A program made the translations under genes and the position numbers. The notes beneath the pieces were generated by a model. It did not search any database. It was given only the letters and a program-made list of their open reading frames with translations, and had not been told where the DNA came from. Positions 13,031-26,524 of a stretch of DNA of 43,608 bases are shown here, piece after piece; the first letter of the stretch is position 1; the number at the start of each line of letters is the position of its first letter. This stretch comes from Octopus bimaculoides (Eukaryota): positions 8,321,271-8,364,878 of the forward strand of contig NC_068990.1 of assembly GCF_001194135.2 (NCBI RefSeq). Reading direction: 5' to 3'.

Positions 13031-15039
13031 ATTACTTGTGTTATCGTAGTGGTAATTTTTGCCGTTTACCGATTTATCTCGATATCCAAAATAGATCTGT
13101 AGCTATGTCATTAATGCAACTAATATAATATGTACGGCGTCTTATATCTGCCTAGACCGTATCCTAATATCGTTATCGCAGGGCTTCTTTTGAAAATCAC
13201 CTTTTAAATTGCAATAAATATTGACAATAGTCCATGCGTTTAATATTAGATTATCATTTTGAAGTGTAATTTAATCAATAATTAATAATGTTATTTGATC
13301 ACAGAAGGAATTATATTTTTCAACTTAAAATGATTTTTTCCAAGCATAGGATGACGTCATTATTGGTACTCAGCTTCAGGCCTAGAAGGGTGTTTTTTTT
13401 TTTATATTTAATATTGATACCATGCGATTATTCAGTGTTAACTGTCGTGTAGCAGGAAAAAATGTAATATAAATATACAGCAAACACTTGAAATTATATA
13501 GAAAAGACTGAATACTATTTAATACACTTTAATTATTTTAATCAATTAATTTACAAGTTAGATAGAATCACTTCTCTGACGTTTCATGACAAGACATAGG
13601 TCAAGACGTATACAAAACATATTCTTCCGCAGAAGATGCACTAATTTCCTTCACTTTTGCATTTAGTTATTATTTCCGATAATCAATACAAAATTTTGAA
13701 ACACATTGGCATCACCGTCCTTATGCATTTTTTTTTTTTTGCACATGCAACTTCTTTCATGGATGGAAGATTTTAAAACGGTTCACTTTCGGAAAATGAT
13801 TACAAATATCCAGCATTCAACATAATGATGACATTAATAAAACGCTGCAATTGGAATAAGTTAATATCATAGGATATGATTGATTTAAAACACTGTTTTC
13901 AGTTTCCAGACTGACAAACGCTTCCTATGCGCCTTACGAACGAATTCAATAAATTGGTGTTGAATGAATCGAACAGTGCAATTAAACCGTTACATTTCGA
14001 TATTTATGAATACCGTCACAGTTAGAATTCTAATACAGTAATAAATGCAAACGTCATTCTATGACTGATCGACCGAAGTATACCACCCGATATTTTTAGA
14101 TACGGAATTTTACACAGTACTAAGTTGTACGTTGGACAGAAACAGCTTGATCATTTATTTTCGGAGATGATTGCGATATTTTCTATCTTCTATAAAGGGA
14201 TGTGTAACCGTCCGGGTGAACGTGGAAAAGGAGACAAAACGTTAGCTCTGTAATTGAACATATTGGAAGGTAAATTGCCCACTAACCACCTGCGGCATTG
14301 AGGACATTATGCTTCGATTTAATCGTTTAATTCTATTTCCACTACGAACGACTCTTAAACTCAAAATTTAGATCATACAATTGCCTTTCTTTGATAAAAT
14401 TCTTACTCTGATAACTTATGGCTTTCATAAATAGTCACATGTCATGCTAGTGATGTACCTTTTGTTGTCCTTTTGCCAGTTTAGTGTAACAACATCACTA
14501 TTTTTGCTTCTGTAGTTTTACAAGAGAATGAGGTTTTGATGTTCTCTCCCAAGGAAACCATTAGGTTAAAACTGCTTTTCAATGCATTCAACAACTGAAA
14601 CACTTCAAGCAATAAAATAAATATATATGCATTAACAGCATACGTATCGATTATATAGGTTGCATTTATTAAAGGATTATCACTATCCAAACATCTCTCG
14701 CGTGTTCCTTTTCGTTCCAGATGACTATAATCTATGATTTGCAGGTAAAAAAATACGTAAGATACTATCGGACTCGTACAACGATATCTTTGAGACCGAG
14801 TTTAACTGTAATAAGGACTGAGGTCTAAATATACTATGAGGAATGTCAATAGATGTAAATAAAGGACTTTATGCAGCAGCAGCAGAACACGTACGCTCGC
14901 GCACGCGCACACACGCAGACACTCACACATACACATACACACACACGCATACACATGCACGCACGCACACAGAGTCACACACACACACACACACACGGTG
15001 TTAACTTGTTAAAAGATTAAACAATATCTCCCCAACATG

Positions 15040-15530
15040 TCGTCCATGCCAGAATGCTGTAGCGGTTAAGATTAATGTTCAACTTTGAATTTCTCTTGGT
15101 TACTGCTTCGAGTGAAGCATGACGATATCCAATTTTGAGGAATTTCAGGCGTTTCATACAGATGTGTACAAAACATATTTAGTAGTTTTAAGGCACGGCA
15201 CACTAGACATGTTGGAGATGAACCGGTTTTATCAGGTAACATAACGTTTTGTATACAACCTATAATATTCTGTGAGTAGTTCTTGTCCCATTTCTGATTG
15301 GCTGATGGGATCTAAACTAGAGCCCATCTTATGCTTGTATACGATGAGCAGCGAAGAAACGGTTTTCATTCTAAAACGAAATAGATTTTGAACAATAATT
15401 TCTGTCATCCTATCTATATGTAATCTCTCTAAACTGGAGTTTGCAAAACCTTGCATTTGTAATTTTTTTGTTTCTTGAGTTGGATAGAAGTCCCTAGTAC
15501 ATATATAGCAGATCTACAGTTACAATACTG
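15040..15530 (-). mobile_element. Penelope-like retroelement RT remnant
   Basis: ORF 15232-15456 TEIIVQNLFRF...YKHKMGSSLDPI...KRYV resembles Penelope-type RT (nyFrF..Y.Q..G.aMGSpLsP...RYVDD). A KLDIV-like motif (cf. FLDV) follows. Confidence 0.6.
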
Positions 15531-15539
15531 GTGTTTTCA

Positions 15540-16150
15540 AACAATAATTATTCGATGGCGTGAAGGAATATAATTTGACATTTAAGATTTTAGAAATATA
15601 ATGCGATAATTCCCATTTGAGGATGGTGTGAGAACTTGAAGATGCTTATCGTTACGTAGTGAGTAAAATATTGAAAAAGAACACTGTCAAAGTAAGAAAG
15701 AAACATCCGGAGCACTGTTTGCAGTGATAGAATTTTCCGGATAGAGTTTTGAATTTTGCACATTTACGTATTTGTTTTGAAAGATTCCTGATGTGAGATC
15801 GTGTGTTATATTTCAGGATGGTTATTATTTTTTCTTGTCAAATAAACACACATGCTCTATATTCATTCTTCACTCGTTTATTATTGCTCTTATTTTTCCT
15901 TATATTCATTGCCTGGCTTTCATCAGCTGATTGTGTAGAGATGCACTGGCCATGCAAATAAATCAGAATGTGAGTGAACTTATAGCAAATGAAATCGAAT
16001 TGATGAAAACATATTTAAGATTGTTTTGCCGCTAAATTTCTAACGCTTGTAAAGTAGAGAAGGGTTTCTCGTACGTTATTTCAGAATGATTAAAATAAAG
16101 TACGTCTATTTGGATTTGAGAGTCATTTAGAGATGAGTGTCCAAGCTGAA
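15540..16150 (+). pseudogene. Possible short TLR fragment (copy 5)
   Basis: CENLKMLIVT (~15629), FKILEI (~15580) and a TM-like CSIFILHSFIIALIF (~15853). Low specificity. Confidence 0.25.
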
Positions 16151-16389
16151 ATGTATGTTGAAATCCTGAATATACAACCTTCTATACACCTCTGTCTTTC
16201 TCCCTCCCTCTTTCTTTTTCTTTCTCTCTCTCTCTCGCTCCATCTATCTATCTGTCTGTCTTTCTCTCTCCCCCCTCTCTCTGTCTTTTGGTGATCTCAC
16301 TCTCGCTCTACCGCTTTATATATCTATACCTTTTCTTCCTTTTATCTAACCACTTTCTAACATGTTTAACGTGATTAGAAATGGCCAGC

Positions 16390-16720
16390 ACATCGTCCCA
16401 ATCGAAGTCATGTATATTGAAAGATAATCTTTGGAGGATGTATTCAATCTCATTTCGATGCAGGATGTCTGGGTTCATTTATCCAGGTCCATCTCTTTTT
16501 ACAGATATTCCTGAACAGCTTGTTCCTGGAATAAAATATTTTCACAATAGTCTCTAAACGTTTCTTCTCTTTCATTTCTCCCACCGAATCCAAATTTTAC
16601 GCCACGTTTCTCAGTTTGCCACCCTTTCCTCACCTTTGCTTAGAAAACTCGCATTACGACGGTGTATGTTGATTTGTAAGAACTCACTTTAATTACTCAA
16701 GATCGAATTCATTGAATTCA
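16390..16720 (-). mobile_element. RTE-type LINE endonuclease remnant
   Basis: Minus strand reads KFGFGGRNERE...KRWTWI...RNEIEYIL (APE endonuclease motifs of RTE elements). Confidence 0.7.
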
Positions 16721-16929
16721 TCACCATACCTGATACATGTTGGTGCATTGGTCAGGATAATCTTGAAGGGGGAATTTCCAGAGAAGTGTGTGATGAATAC
16801 AAATGGAAGGATACAAGATTTGAGGACCATTTTTAAAACTTAAAATCAGGGTTATACTACTTCTCTTTTACCAAGTCTCACAACACGCGCAGCCTCCCAT
16901 CTCAGATTTCATTATCCCCTTCAATGTTT

Positions 16930-17360
16930 TTCACAGACTCCCAGCACATCACATTTGATGTTACTCTCTCCTCTCGAAGAAGAATTATTCAACGTTCCCT
17001 AGAAAGAAGAGAAATTTGGTGCGATGCAGATGCCCATGGAAAGGTCGATGCTAGGAATACGTTTGCAAGAGTGTATTTGAAGCAAGATATACTTGATTGT
17101 ATATTTCGTAGGTTTTACACAAGAGATAAACCCGTAGATTTGTTGAGTTCCAGCCAAGAGATTAGATGTGATCCTTTGGAAGATTTCTAGGTGGATGGAG
17201 AGATGACATACTGGAACAATTTAATCCTAAATGGAAGAGAAAGTCATAATCAAGAAGAGGAGTGGAAGCTCATTTTTGTCCGCGATATATAGAACCACAA
17301 AGAGAGAAATATAATTACAATAATGAAAACAACAACAACAATCATAATAATTATAATAAT
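16930..17360 (+). mobile_element. RTE-type LINE 3' end with (TAA/CAA)n tail
   Basis: QMPMERSMLGIRL (~17023) and GWRDDIL (~17192), then an aataat/caacaa tail. Confidence 0.75.
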
Positions 17361-17389
17361 AATATTTTCAAATTTTAGCACAAAACCAG

Positions 17390-17575
17390 TGCGTTCAGGG
17401 GAGGAGTTAAGCTGATAGCATTGGCCCCAGTACTCGGTTGATGCTTATTTGGTCGACCCCGAAAGGATGACAGTTAAATTCGGCCTCAGTTGAATTTGAG
17501 CTCAGAACGTAAAGTCGGATGGAATGCGGCTGAGTATTGTTCCCAGTATGCTGACGATTCTGCAAGCTCACCGCC

Positions 17576-17577
<2 letters not shown>
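17390..17577 (-). mobile_element. SINE family A
   Basis: cgaccccgaaaggatga...ctcagaacgtaaag...gctcaccgcctt. Confidence 0.85.
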
Positions 17578-17642
<65 letters not shown>

Positions 17643-17652
17643 TAATAATAAC
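17578..17652. repeat. (AAT)n microsatellite
   Basis: Direct reading. Confidence 0.95.
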
Positions 17653-17659
17653 AATCCTT

Positions 17660-17778
17660 TCTGGTATAGTCACAAGGCCTGGAATTTTGAGGGAGGGGAC
17701 TAGTCGATTACATAGTCTCCAGTATTTCACTGGTATTTAATTCATCGACCCCGAAACGATGAAAGGCAAAGTCGACCC
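17660..17778 (-). mobile_element. SINE family A, 3' half
   Basis: cacaaggcctggaattttgagggg...atcgaccccgaaacgatgaaaggcaaagtcgacc. Its A/TAA-type tail is probably the (AAT)n at 17578-17652. Confidence 0.85.
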
Positions 17779-17834
17779 GACAAGAAGAGCAATAATAATA
17801 CTGATAATAATGCTATATATTTTACGTGTGCGTT

Positions 17835-17899
<65 letters not shown>

Positions 17900-18149
17900 T
17901 TGTGTGTGTGTGTATTTGTGTGTGTGTGTGATGCATAATTTTCTCTTTTACATTTATAAGCATATCTTCTGTAAAATGTCTCTTATTAAGTATCTGTAGT
18001 TAGTCTAAACAATATATGACTGCTTAGAACAGCTAAAGAATATAAAATGCTTTTAATACGTAATCGTGTGTCTCTGAAAGAATATAACTAACACATAAAG
18101 ATACAATATTGTAAGACACGTATTTATATTCCTACAAAATATAGGAAAA

Positions 18150-21100
18150 TAGTATGCTAGCTTGAACTAATGGTCTTCTCTTCATCTAATCTCCATTCCT
18201 CGCATTTCTCATTAAAACAAGTAACAAGTTCTAGTTTTATAACAGGCGTGATTAAAACTGTCGGTATAACAGCTTGAAGATCTATTACCTAAGAAAATAA
18301 TGATAACTTTTATTATATTCAATTCAATTTATGAATCAAAAGGAATAAACTTGTACGTGTGGGGTTACTGCCTTTCTCAGACAGGTGAAGCGAAATCTAT
18401 TAGTTTCAGCACAAAATTCTCACTTCATAGACATAGTAGTTAATGTTTACTCTTTGACAATAACAACGAAAGTAACAAATACACTTTTACATTATGTAAA
18501 TATTACATCAATTTTATTTCAGAAGCATTCGGATCTCTAATTGTTTTTAGTAAAATGACTTGATAAAAGGATGCATGCTGAAACTAGAGCAATTACGATA
18601 TGGAAGAATAAATATAGTTATTTAAGAACCTCAGAAACAAGTATACTCACTTACTTGTTATTTCTTACTGCAAGATCTGAGAAGTAACGTTATCGTACTT
18701 CATAGCAGAATATACTATTAAAAATAAATGAAAATTGAATACAACAGCTTTTGTGTGTTCTTATACAGTTAAAGTGCCACGTTTATGACGTAATTATTCA
18801 GAATTAGAAGTTTTATTGCGCTTAGAGATTTTACAGTAATTTCTTAAAATGCCAGTTATATTCTTATCTGCATCACAATTTCAGCTGAAAATTATCAAAT
18901 ACCTACTACAGTATTCTCAATCGATCCGGGAAGACAAAACTATTTTTGCGACGTAACACATTCAAATTTAGTTCGCAATACTACAATTTAAGCGCTATTG
19001 TTTTCACTTTATTGTTTCATTTATGGAAATGAGTCAAGTGAAAATTGTTGAAAAACTAATATAATTTCTTTAGACATCCATTTGATAAAAGCAAATAAAA
19101 TTCGGTTCGATATTTGAATGTTGAAGCATTCATTTCCATTGCTATCCTTTTCAATTATAAGTTCTGAAAGATATTTCTTATACAAAAATATCGACCGCTG
19201 AAAGACGAGTTGTTAAACAATATTAGATGTTATTTTTCTTTTTATTTTATTCAAGAGCAAGTCCAAGATCACCGATTTTAAAACAACTTTTTTTTTATTT
19301 TGTTTTCATTAATAATATTTCATTTGTTAAGATCTATTCTTTATATTAATTTTAAAAGATTATAAGAAAAGAACATAAAACTGTCAAATGCTGATTAAAT
19401 TTCATTTGTAAAAGGTCAAGGAAAAATATAGAATTATTAAAGCATAGAAATCAGCAGCATTAGACCTCTGCATATTGCATCAATTACTTCAGAAATTAAT
19501 TACTGAACAACACTCTAAAGGAATTCAATGAATTAATCTTTAAAAAATGGAATGGACAATATATACGTCTCTATGGTACATTGACATATGTATGTTTATT
19601 GATTTGTGAAGGGAAACTTTTGCTGTATCTCACTTAGAATGGCATTCATGTTCTACCACAAAATACATTTGAAAAACTAGAAAACTTACTTCCATGTTTA
19701 AAAAATTTTGCATTGGTGAGATCTAAGACAAATTAATGACACAATCAAATGCAGACGATAAGTGTCCGATGACATAACTTCTAATGATGTTACAATATGA
19801 TTAATTAAGGCAATTAATCAGGTTGTATCGTAGAAAAATACAACTAGTGCATTTGTGTTTGCACTAGCTATTCGATATGTGTGTACTCACACACATATAT
19901 GTGTGTGTACGCGCCTCGCACGTTCGTGTGAGATATATAAAGTGAAACAAATTCAAATATTTCTTCTTAGTACAAATACAAATGCTTAGTGTATGTTTTA
20001 AAGATAGTATTTATAGACTAATCTGAAAGAATTACGCATTGTTTTAATAGTGCTTGACTTTTATGCGATGTGTGATGTTACTTATATTTATCTCATAAAC
20101 CATCAATCATGATTGAATCGTGGATTTTCCATCACCAATAAATATCACTTAAACATATCTTAAGATATACCAAACTAACTACCGCAATCAGAGTTGCTGT
20201 TTTATGAAAGTATCACGGCGTAACACATTGGAAGTCATACGAATAACTTAACAACGGATTTTCAAAAACAATGTTATAATTAGCAGCTCATTTCTTTTTT
20301 AAGTAGGACATAAAAAAGAAGAAAGCGATCCATAAGTTCCCAACTAACGTAAAATAAAACTAATTTTATGATGAAAGGTAAAATATAGACCTTAAATGTT
20401 AACTATTAATATGTGAAGCTGACGAAATTTAATTCTACTGAGGTGCCAATTACCATATTTTACAAATCAACATGGAACGTGTATACTTAATCGATCAGAT
20501 TTATTGAAGATTTCAAACATTACTACATAATATTTTGGAAAATATAAGCTAAAGATTTTCGTAAAATATTATTGCATATAATCTCTATTTTACCTATTTT
20601 ATCCGACCCAGCGTTATGATTGACATAATGTTTTCAAAAATGTTGGATTATAAATCCATTAATATCCTTAGTCTTATTTATAAGTCAGGAGAAAGCAGTG
20701 TTTACTTCTATATGAAAAGAGACATTAATATATTTAGGAAATTGCTTGTAAACATATATAAATAAGTTATTTAAACCATTTTTTTAATACACTTTATAGA
20801 TATTTCGGAATAGAAATGTGTACGAGATATAAGCAAACGCACGTAATTCGAATCCCAATAAGTAACGATAACTGTGCTGAAACTTAAGACTTTTATGTAT
20901 TCCAAAAACCCTTCTTTATGTTAAATTTCTTTTGTTGTTATATCTATACCAATGGAGATGGCGTCATATTAACTTTTTATTAAGTTTTCATTTTAGCATA
21001 CAATTCCAAAATATCTTATATTCATTCTCAATTTTTTCCCATTCAACAATAGGCACAGAAACCTACGACTACCAAATTAACGAAATGACACAAAAATCAA

Positions 21101-21330
21101 CGATATTACAGTATTTGAACATAGAGTATTAACAATAAAGTTCGTTGATGAATTCAGATAAGTAATTAGATTTGTGCTTTTTTGTATTATCTCCTATCGT
21201 CTGCGCAACTCATTAATTTATAATATATCCTAAAATGTCATAAAACATTGTTTTAAAAGGAAATTAATTTGAAAAAAATATCGCTAGTTTTATTCTCACC
21301 CAAAATGTTCGACGTTCAACCAGACAGATT
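18150..21330 (+). pseudogene. Decayed TLR pseudogene (copy 6; best-resolved: LRRs, TM, TIR)
   Basis: One frame 19500-19715 reads LLNNTLKEFNELIFKKW...LLYLT*NGIHVLPQNTFEKLENL (canonical LxLxxNxIxxLPxxxFxxLxxL). Also TNLKELRI (20017-20040) and INPL (~20650). Juxtamembrane LLYLYQWRWRHINF (ORF 20932-21132). TIR-like ICAF...INL*YILKCHKTLF (to 21253) and FEKNIA (~21268). Confidence 0.75.
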
Positions 21331-21633
21331 GTCAAAATAAAAGCGACGAAGAGACTGACAGGCAGACACAGAAAGAGAGTATGTCTGATATACTGATAAT
21401 TTGGAGCAAAGTAATGTTTACGCACGCATGACTGTTTCTATACATACATACATACATACATACATACTTAGAGAGAGGGGGACCTACTAAGGGATAATAT
21501 CTATCCAATATACAATATACTGCTGGAAGAATGCCCAATTATTGCAATGGTGTTTTTTCATTGCATGGGAATTACATTACCAAGTGCAATAAATGGGTGC
21601 GGGTAAAAAAGTTATATTACCATTAATTAATAC

Positions 21634-21750
21634 AGCAATAAGATAATGAAGGGAATTAATAGGTGGTATTCATCAAACAAGTAAATTGACTCAATACAAT
21701 GTCTCCAAGCTGATGAATACCACCTATTAATCTCCTCAATTTTCTTATTG

Positions 21751-21752
<2 letters not shown>
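21634..21752. repeat. 42-bp inverted repeat with 35-nt loop
   Basis: 21634-21675 versus 21711-21752: perfect 21-bp core attaataggtggtattcatca, 37/42 identity overall. Confidence 0.9.
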
Positions 21753-21790
<38 letters not shown>

Positions 21791-21791
<1 letters not shown>

Positions 21792-21944
21792 CGTAGACGT
21801 GGGTGTGTGGCAAGAGGTTTGCTTCCCAACTATATGGTACCGGGTTCAGTCGTGTGGCACCTTGGACAAGTATCTTCTACTATAGCCTCGGGTCGACCAA
21901 ACCCTTGTGAGTGGATTAGGTAGACTGAAACAGAAAATCGCCTC

Positions 21945-21987
<43 letters not shown>

Positions 21988-22177
21988 TTGTGACTGTGTT
22001 TCTACCCCGACCATCGATTGACAACATGTGCTGCTGTGTTTACATCCCCGTAACTTAGCGGTTCAACAAAAGAGACCGATAGTATAAGTACTAAGCTTAC
22101 AAGCATAAGTCTTGGGGTTGATTTGTAAAGGTGGTGCTCCTGCATGGCCGCACTCACATGACTGAAACAAATAAAAA
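21791..22177 (+). mobile_element. SINE family B (tRNA-like head, internal (TA)(TG)n, 3' body)
   Basis: gcgtagacgtgggtgtgtggcaag...ggttcagtc...caagtatcttctactatagcctcggg...; 3' part ends gcatggccgcactcacatgactgaaacaaataaaa. Homologous to the 25000 and 23730 copies. Confidence 0.8.
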
Positions 22178-22189
22178 TAGACAGGTAGA

Positions 22190-22220
22190 CAGACAGAGAT
22201 ACATACATACATAAACATAG

Positions 22221-22251
<31 letters not shown>

Positions 22252-22252
22252 A

Positions 22253-22307
<55 letters not shown>

Positions 22308-22510
22308 CATAGATAGATAGATAGATAGATTTTTTTCTCTTTCAAACTTCGAACAACCAGTGCGCACTTTTCTTCCCTGCATACATGCATACATACATAC
22401 ATGCATGCATACATAATACATACATACAAACATACAAACATACATGCACACACATACATACATGCATGCATACATACATACATACATACATGCATACATG
22501 CATACATAAA
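22190..22510. repeat. (TAGA)n and (TACA)n microsatellites
   Basis: Direct reading. Confidence 0.95.
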
Positions 22511-22687
22511 TAGAAATATTTGTAGATCTCGTTATAATTTGTTTTGAGAAAACAAGCTCAAAGTTGCTGCCTAAATATATCAAGAGCATAAAGTTGAGAA
22601 ATACGTTTGCGTTGGGATGTACCAGTTTTGCGGCCTACTCCTACTTCCTAGCACCATAAGTATCTTTCTACAGCTGAAGACCGTCGT

Positions 22688-22706
22688 ACACACACACATA
22701 CACACA

Positions 22707-22773
<67 letters not shown>

Positions 22774-22775
22774 GC
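22688..22775. repeat. (CA)n microsatellite
   Basis: Direct reading. Confidence 0.95.
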
Positions 22776-23726
22776 ACAAGCATATATAAATATATTTATT
22801 TAAACGTGAGTGTTTGTGCATGTGATGAGCCTATCTTTATGTTTGCATTTACCTCTCACTGCTTGAAAGTACGTTTTGCATTCTTAGCGTCTATTTACAT
22901 AGCAGTTTTTCAAAAACGAATTAATAAAAAGTTTGTACTGTGGCCTATTTACTTGACAGGTAACGACTTCAAAATCACTAGGAGTTGTATCAAATTCTCA
23001 GCAATCGCATAAACACATCCTGATTTGCTGAAGCAGTTCTGCTTGAGTTCCAATATATTAATCCAAATGTTAATCCAAATATTAAACATTTCAAGTATAT
23101 AGCTGTTTTCTTGCTTTTCGAAAGGCCTTGGAGTAAGGCACGAGTTCTCTGTTCTGAAATTCTGAATGTTTTTGAAGATGAAATAAATATTGAGAATTAT
23201 TTCCAAATGACAATATCAAGAAACCAGGTCTAGATGTTCACATTTTCAGAACGTAAATTATTTATTCGCTGAAATGACATTTTGATATATTTTACTTCGA
23301 ATAAAACAGTAAATCACATTCTTTGACCTCGGCAAGTAAAAGTTAGACAAGTAAGAGAAAAGTAAAAGCATACGTAACGCAAAGGTAGCATTTAGGTTTA
23401 TTCTGCGACAGAGTCTCACCTTTCATCTGCATGAATATTGTTTTATCGAAGTAAGGCGGGAAAAAATTTTGTAAATATATATTGCCAGTTTGATTGATGC
23501 GGAATTCATAGTACAGTTCCGATAAATGGACAGGGTTTTAAAGTTGTATTTAAGCAAATTGTATAGTTCATAGTTTTACTACCATTAAGACATCCGAAGT
23601 TATTTGACAACACTCATTTCGAGAAACTTTCAGCACAGACTTAAATGTAGTCTTTTATATGAGATATCGCTTAAATATACTACGAAGGATATTTTGTCAC
23701 AATGCTAGTATAGAATCTGTTTACCT

Positions 23727-24133
23727 TTTAACTTTGACTTGTTTCAATCATTGGACTTCAGCTATGATAGGGCACCGCCTTGATGAGTTTAGTCGAACAA
23801 GTCAACCTCTGAAAATATTTTTCAGTCTTTGTACTTATTTCATTCATCTCTTATATCCAACCGCTAGATTACAAGGTCTTAAACTAACAAACAACGATCG
23901 ACACTTGCTGGTAGTGATGTGTGGGCGTGGGTAAACAAGAACACTGAGATACACATAGATATAAGCATATGTACTTGATGCACTGCCACTTTCAGTCTTC
24001 CAAACCTGCTCACAAGGCTTTGCTAAGCTTATGGCTATAGGACAAATTACATGACTGAAGCGACATGCATTGAGACGCTAACTAGAACTCTGTGGCTGGG
24101 AAGTAATCTTAATATACAGACGCATCTACGCCT
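23727..24133 (-). mobile_element. SINE family B, diverged, reverse orientation
   Basis: gtttcaatcattggacttcagctatgatagggcacc...ctcacaaggctttg...ggctatagga...ctgggaagtaa...tctacgcct is the reverse complement of the 21791-22177 layout. Confidence 0.7.
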
Positions 24134-24353
24134 AAAGGCTGGTCATAAATGATTTACAGAATATTAATGATCATAGCTTTGGTTTTATCTTGTTCTGAAA
24201 GCATTTCGTAGATTTGCTGCTGCTCTAGTATTTTGGTTTATCTTCACTACGCACAGCAAATATTTAATAGAAAAACTAGAAATACATTACTATTGGTGGA
24301 ACAATTAAATACAGATAACCGACATAACGTGATTAGATTTTCATTTAGTAGGA

Positions 24354-24505
<152 letters not shown>

Positions 24506-24970
24506 CACAAGCGTTGTATAAAATACTGTATTTCTGCCAGTGCTATATTTAATACGTCATTCGATATTACACTACCACATGTTCTTTCGATGTCTTCAAC
24601 AGCCTCATGTTGTAACAAGTATTCAGCCTAGATCGATGTGCTATCGGTAGCATTGTTTTTTTTTTAAATTTCGTGTGAGCTTCCGAGATCATAGCAAGGT
24701 TTATATACACAACAAACACGCGCACACTAACTTGCACGCACGCACACACACACATACACAGACACATATACATACACACACGCACGCATGCACAATCATA
24801 CGCACACACAGACACAAACGCACACACCCACTCACACACAAACACACACGGAAGGGTTTCAAAGCATGTAATCTATNNNNNNNNNNNNNNNNNNNNNNNN
24901 NNNNNNNNNNNNNNNNNNNNNNNNNNNNNNNNNNNNNNNNNNNNNNNNNNNNNNNNNNNNNNNNNNNNNN

Positions 24971-24999
<29 letters not shown>

Positions 25000-25001
<2 letters not shown>

Positions 25002-25162
25002 TGCAGGCGTGACAGTGTGGCATGAATCTTACTTCCCACCCACATAATTCCCAGTTCAGTCCCATTGCGCGGTACCTCGGGCAAGTGTCTTATACTATAG
25101 CCTCGGACAAATGTCTTTGTGAGTGAATTTGGTAGACGGAAACTGAAAGAAACTTGCCGTAT
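25000..25162 (+). mobile_element. SINE family B, 5' part
   Basis: gtgcaggcgtgacagtgtgg...ttcagtccca...gggcaagtgtcttatactatagcctcgg...gtgagtgaatttggtagacggaaactgaaaga. Confidence 0.8.
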
Positions 25163-25786
25163 GTTCATATAGTTCATAGATGAGACCCAGATATTCTCCG
25201 TATAGAAGACTTTTAGTAATGGTCAAGGTATTTAAACTTGACCGGGAATGGAAGTAAATGTAGGGATAAGCAAGTTAGACAGAGCAATATATAAAGTATA
25301 TTAAATACATGAAATACGAAAAAATGTATATATTTATACATGTAAAAATGTCAAACTTACACAGAGTACAAATGAGACAGAGAATTGAAAGGATGGAAGA
25401 AAATATTGAAAATGCAGCAGCTGTTTCTGGGAGTGCAGCGTTCCATTATGTGTGTAGATTGATTCCATCATAGGATGGGACGAGCCTCAGTTTACAAGGA
25501 AAAAATCTTACATGTGAGTTTATAAGTGGGGAAGTTATTCCAACTTTTTTTATTTTCAGTATCATATGTACTCCGTGTATGTTGCACTTTTGATATGTAT
25601 ACATATATATACGTTTTCTATTTCATGTATTTAATATGCTTTATATATTGATCCTATTTGCTTATCACTACATTTATTGTATCCCTACATTCTCATTAAG
25701 ATGAAAAAAATATTTTAACATCACACGATATAGGTGTATGTGTGTGTATGACCTTGTGTATAAATTTAGTCATTTATGTCAAAACA

Positions 25787-25842
<56 letters not shown>

Positions 25843-26322
25843 NNNNNNNNNNNNNNNNNNNNNNNNNNNNNNNNNNNNNNNNNNNNNNNNNNNNNNNNNN
25901 NNNNNNNNNNNNNNNNNNNNNNNNNNNNNNNNNNNNNNNNNNNNNNNNNNNNNNNNNNNNNNNNNNNNNNNNNNNNNNNNNNNNNNNNNNNNNNNNNNNN
26001 NNNNNNNNNNNNNNNNNNNNNNNNNNNNNNNNNNNNNNNNNNNNNNNNNNNNNNNNNNNNNNNNNNNNNNNNNNNNNNNNNNNNNNNNNNNNNNNNNNNN
26101 NNNNNNNNNNNNNNNNNNNNNNNNNNNNNNNNNNNNNNNNNNNNNNNNNNNNNNNNNNNNNNNNNNNNNNNNNNNNNNNNNNNNNNNNNNNNNNNNNNNN
26201 NNNNNNNNNNNNNNNNNNNNNNNNNNNNNNNNNNNNNNNNNNNNNNNNNNNNNNNNNNNNNNNNNNNNNNNNNNNNNNNNNNNNNNNNNNNNNNNNNNNN
26301 NNNNNNNNNNNNNNNNNNNNNN
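25843..26322. other. Largest assembly gap (others: 874-1192, ~4677-4855, 9802-9870, 12459-12597, 24877-24970, 34880-34891, 35552-35580, 39373-39604)
   Basis: Runs of N, most abutting microsatellites. Confidence 0.98.
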
Positions 26323-26415
26323 TTATCGATAAAGGTTTTTTCATACTGAACTACTTGGCAAAATTGTTAATTATTAATTCTATTATTAATTGACGATTCC
26401 CTGCCCTTATTCTTG

Positions 26416-26446
<31 letters not shown>

Positions 26447-26524
26447 AATATATATATATACATACTCTCACACACACGCACACAGGCACACACACACACA
26501 CACATACACACACACATACATATC

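Larger units (their letters stand above)
11610..14870 (+). pseudogene. Decayed TLR pseudogene (copy 4)
   Basis: LRRs: LIYVDLQG (~11715), ESLTSLSVSH (11790-11819), IKVSNKIYSMNQKP (12394-12435), RSIPPDIFRYGILHSTKLYVGQKQLDHL (14074-14157), ALRT(fs)MLRFNRLILFP (~14295-14341). Weak TIR-like AYVSI (~14638) and DF(fs)AGKKI (~14737). Interrupted by a SINE, a gap and a (GTA)n repeat. Confidence 0.58.

Noticed and set aside
12742-13102. Mucin-like Thr-rich and Val-rich ORFs
   Set aside because: They are translations of a (GTA)/(GTG) repeat.
25200-25520. Transposase-like HGKG-type motif
   Set aside because: The match is poor. RYLNLTGN..C and YTCKN fit an LRR-CT in the expected position of TLR copy 7 better.
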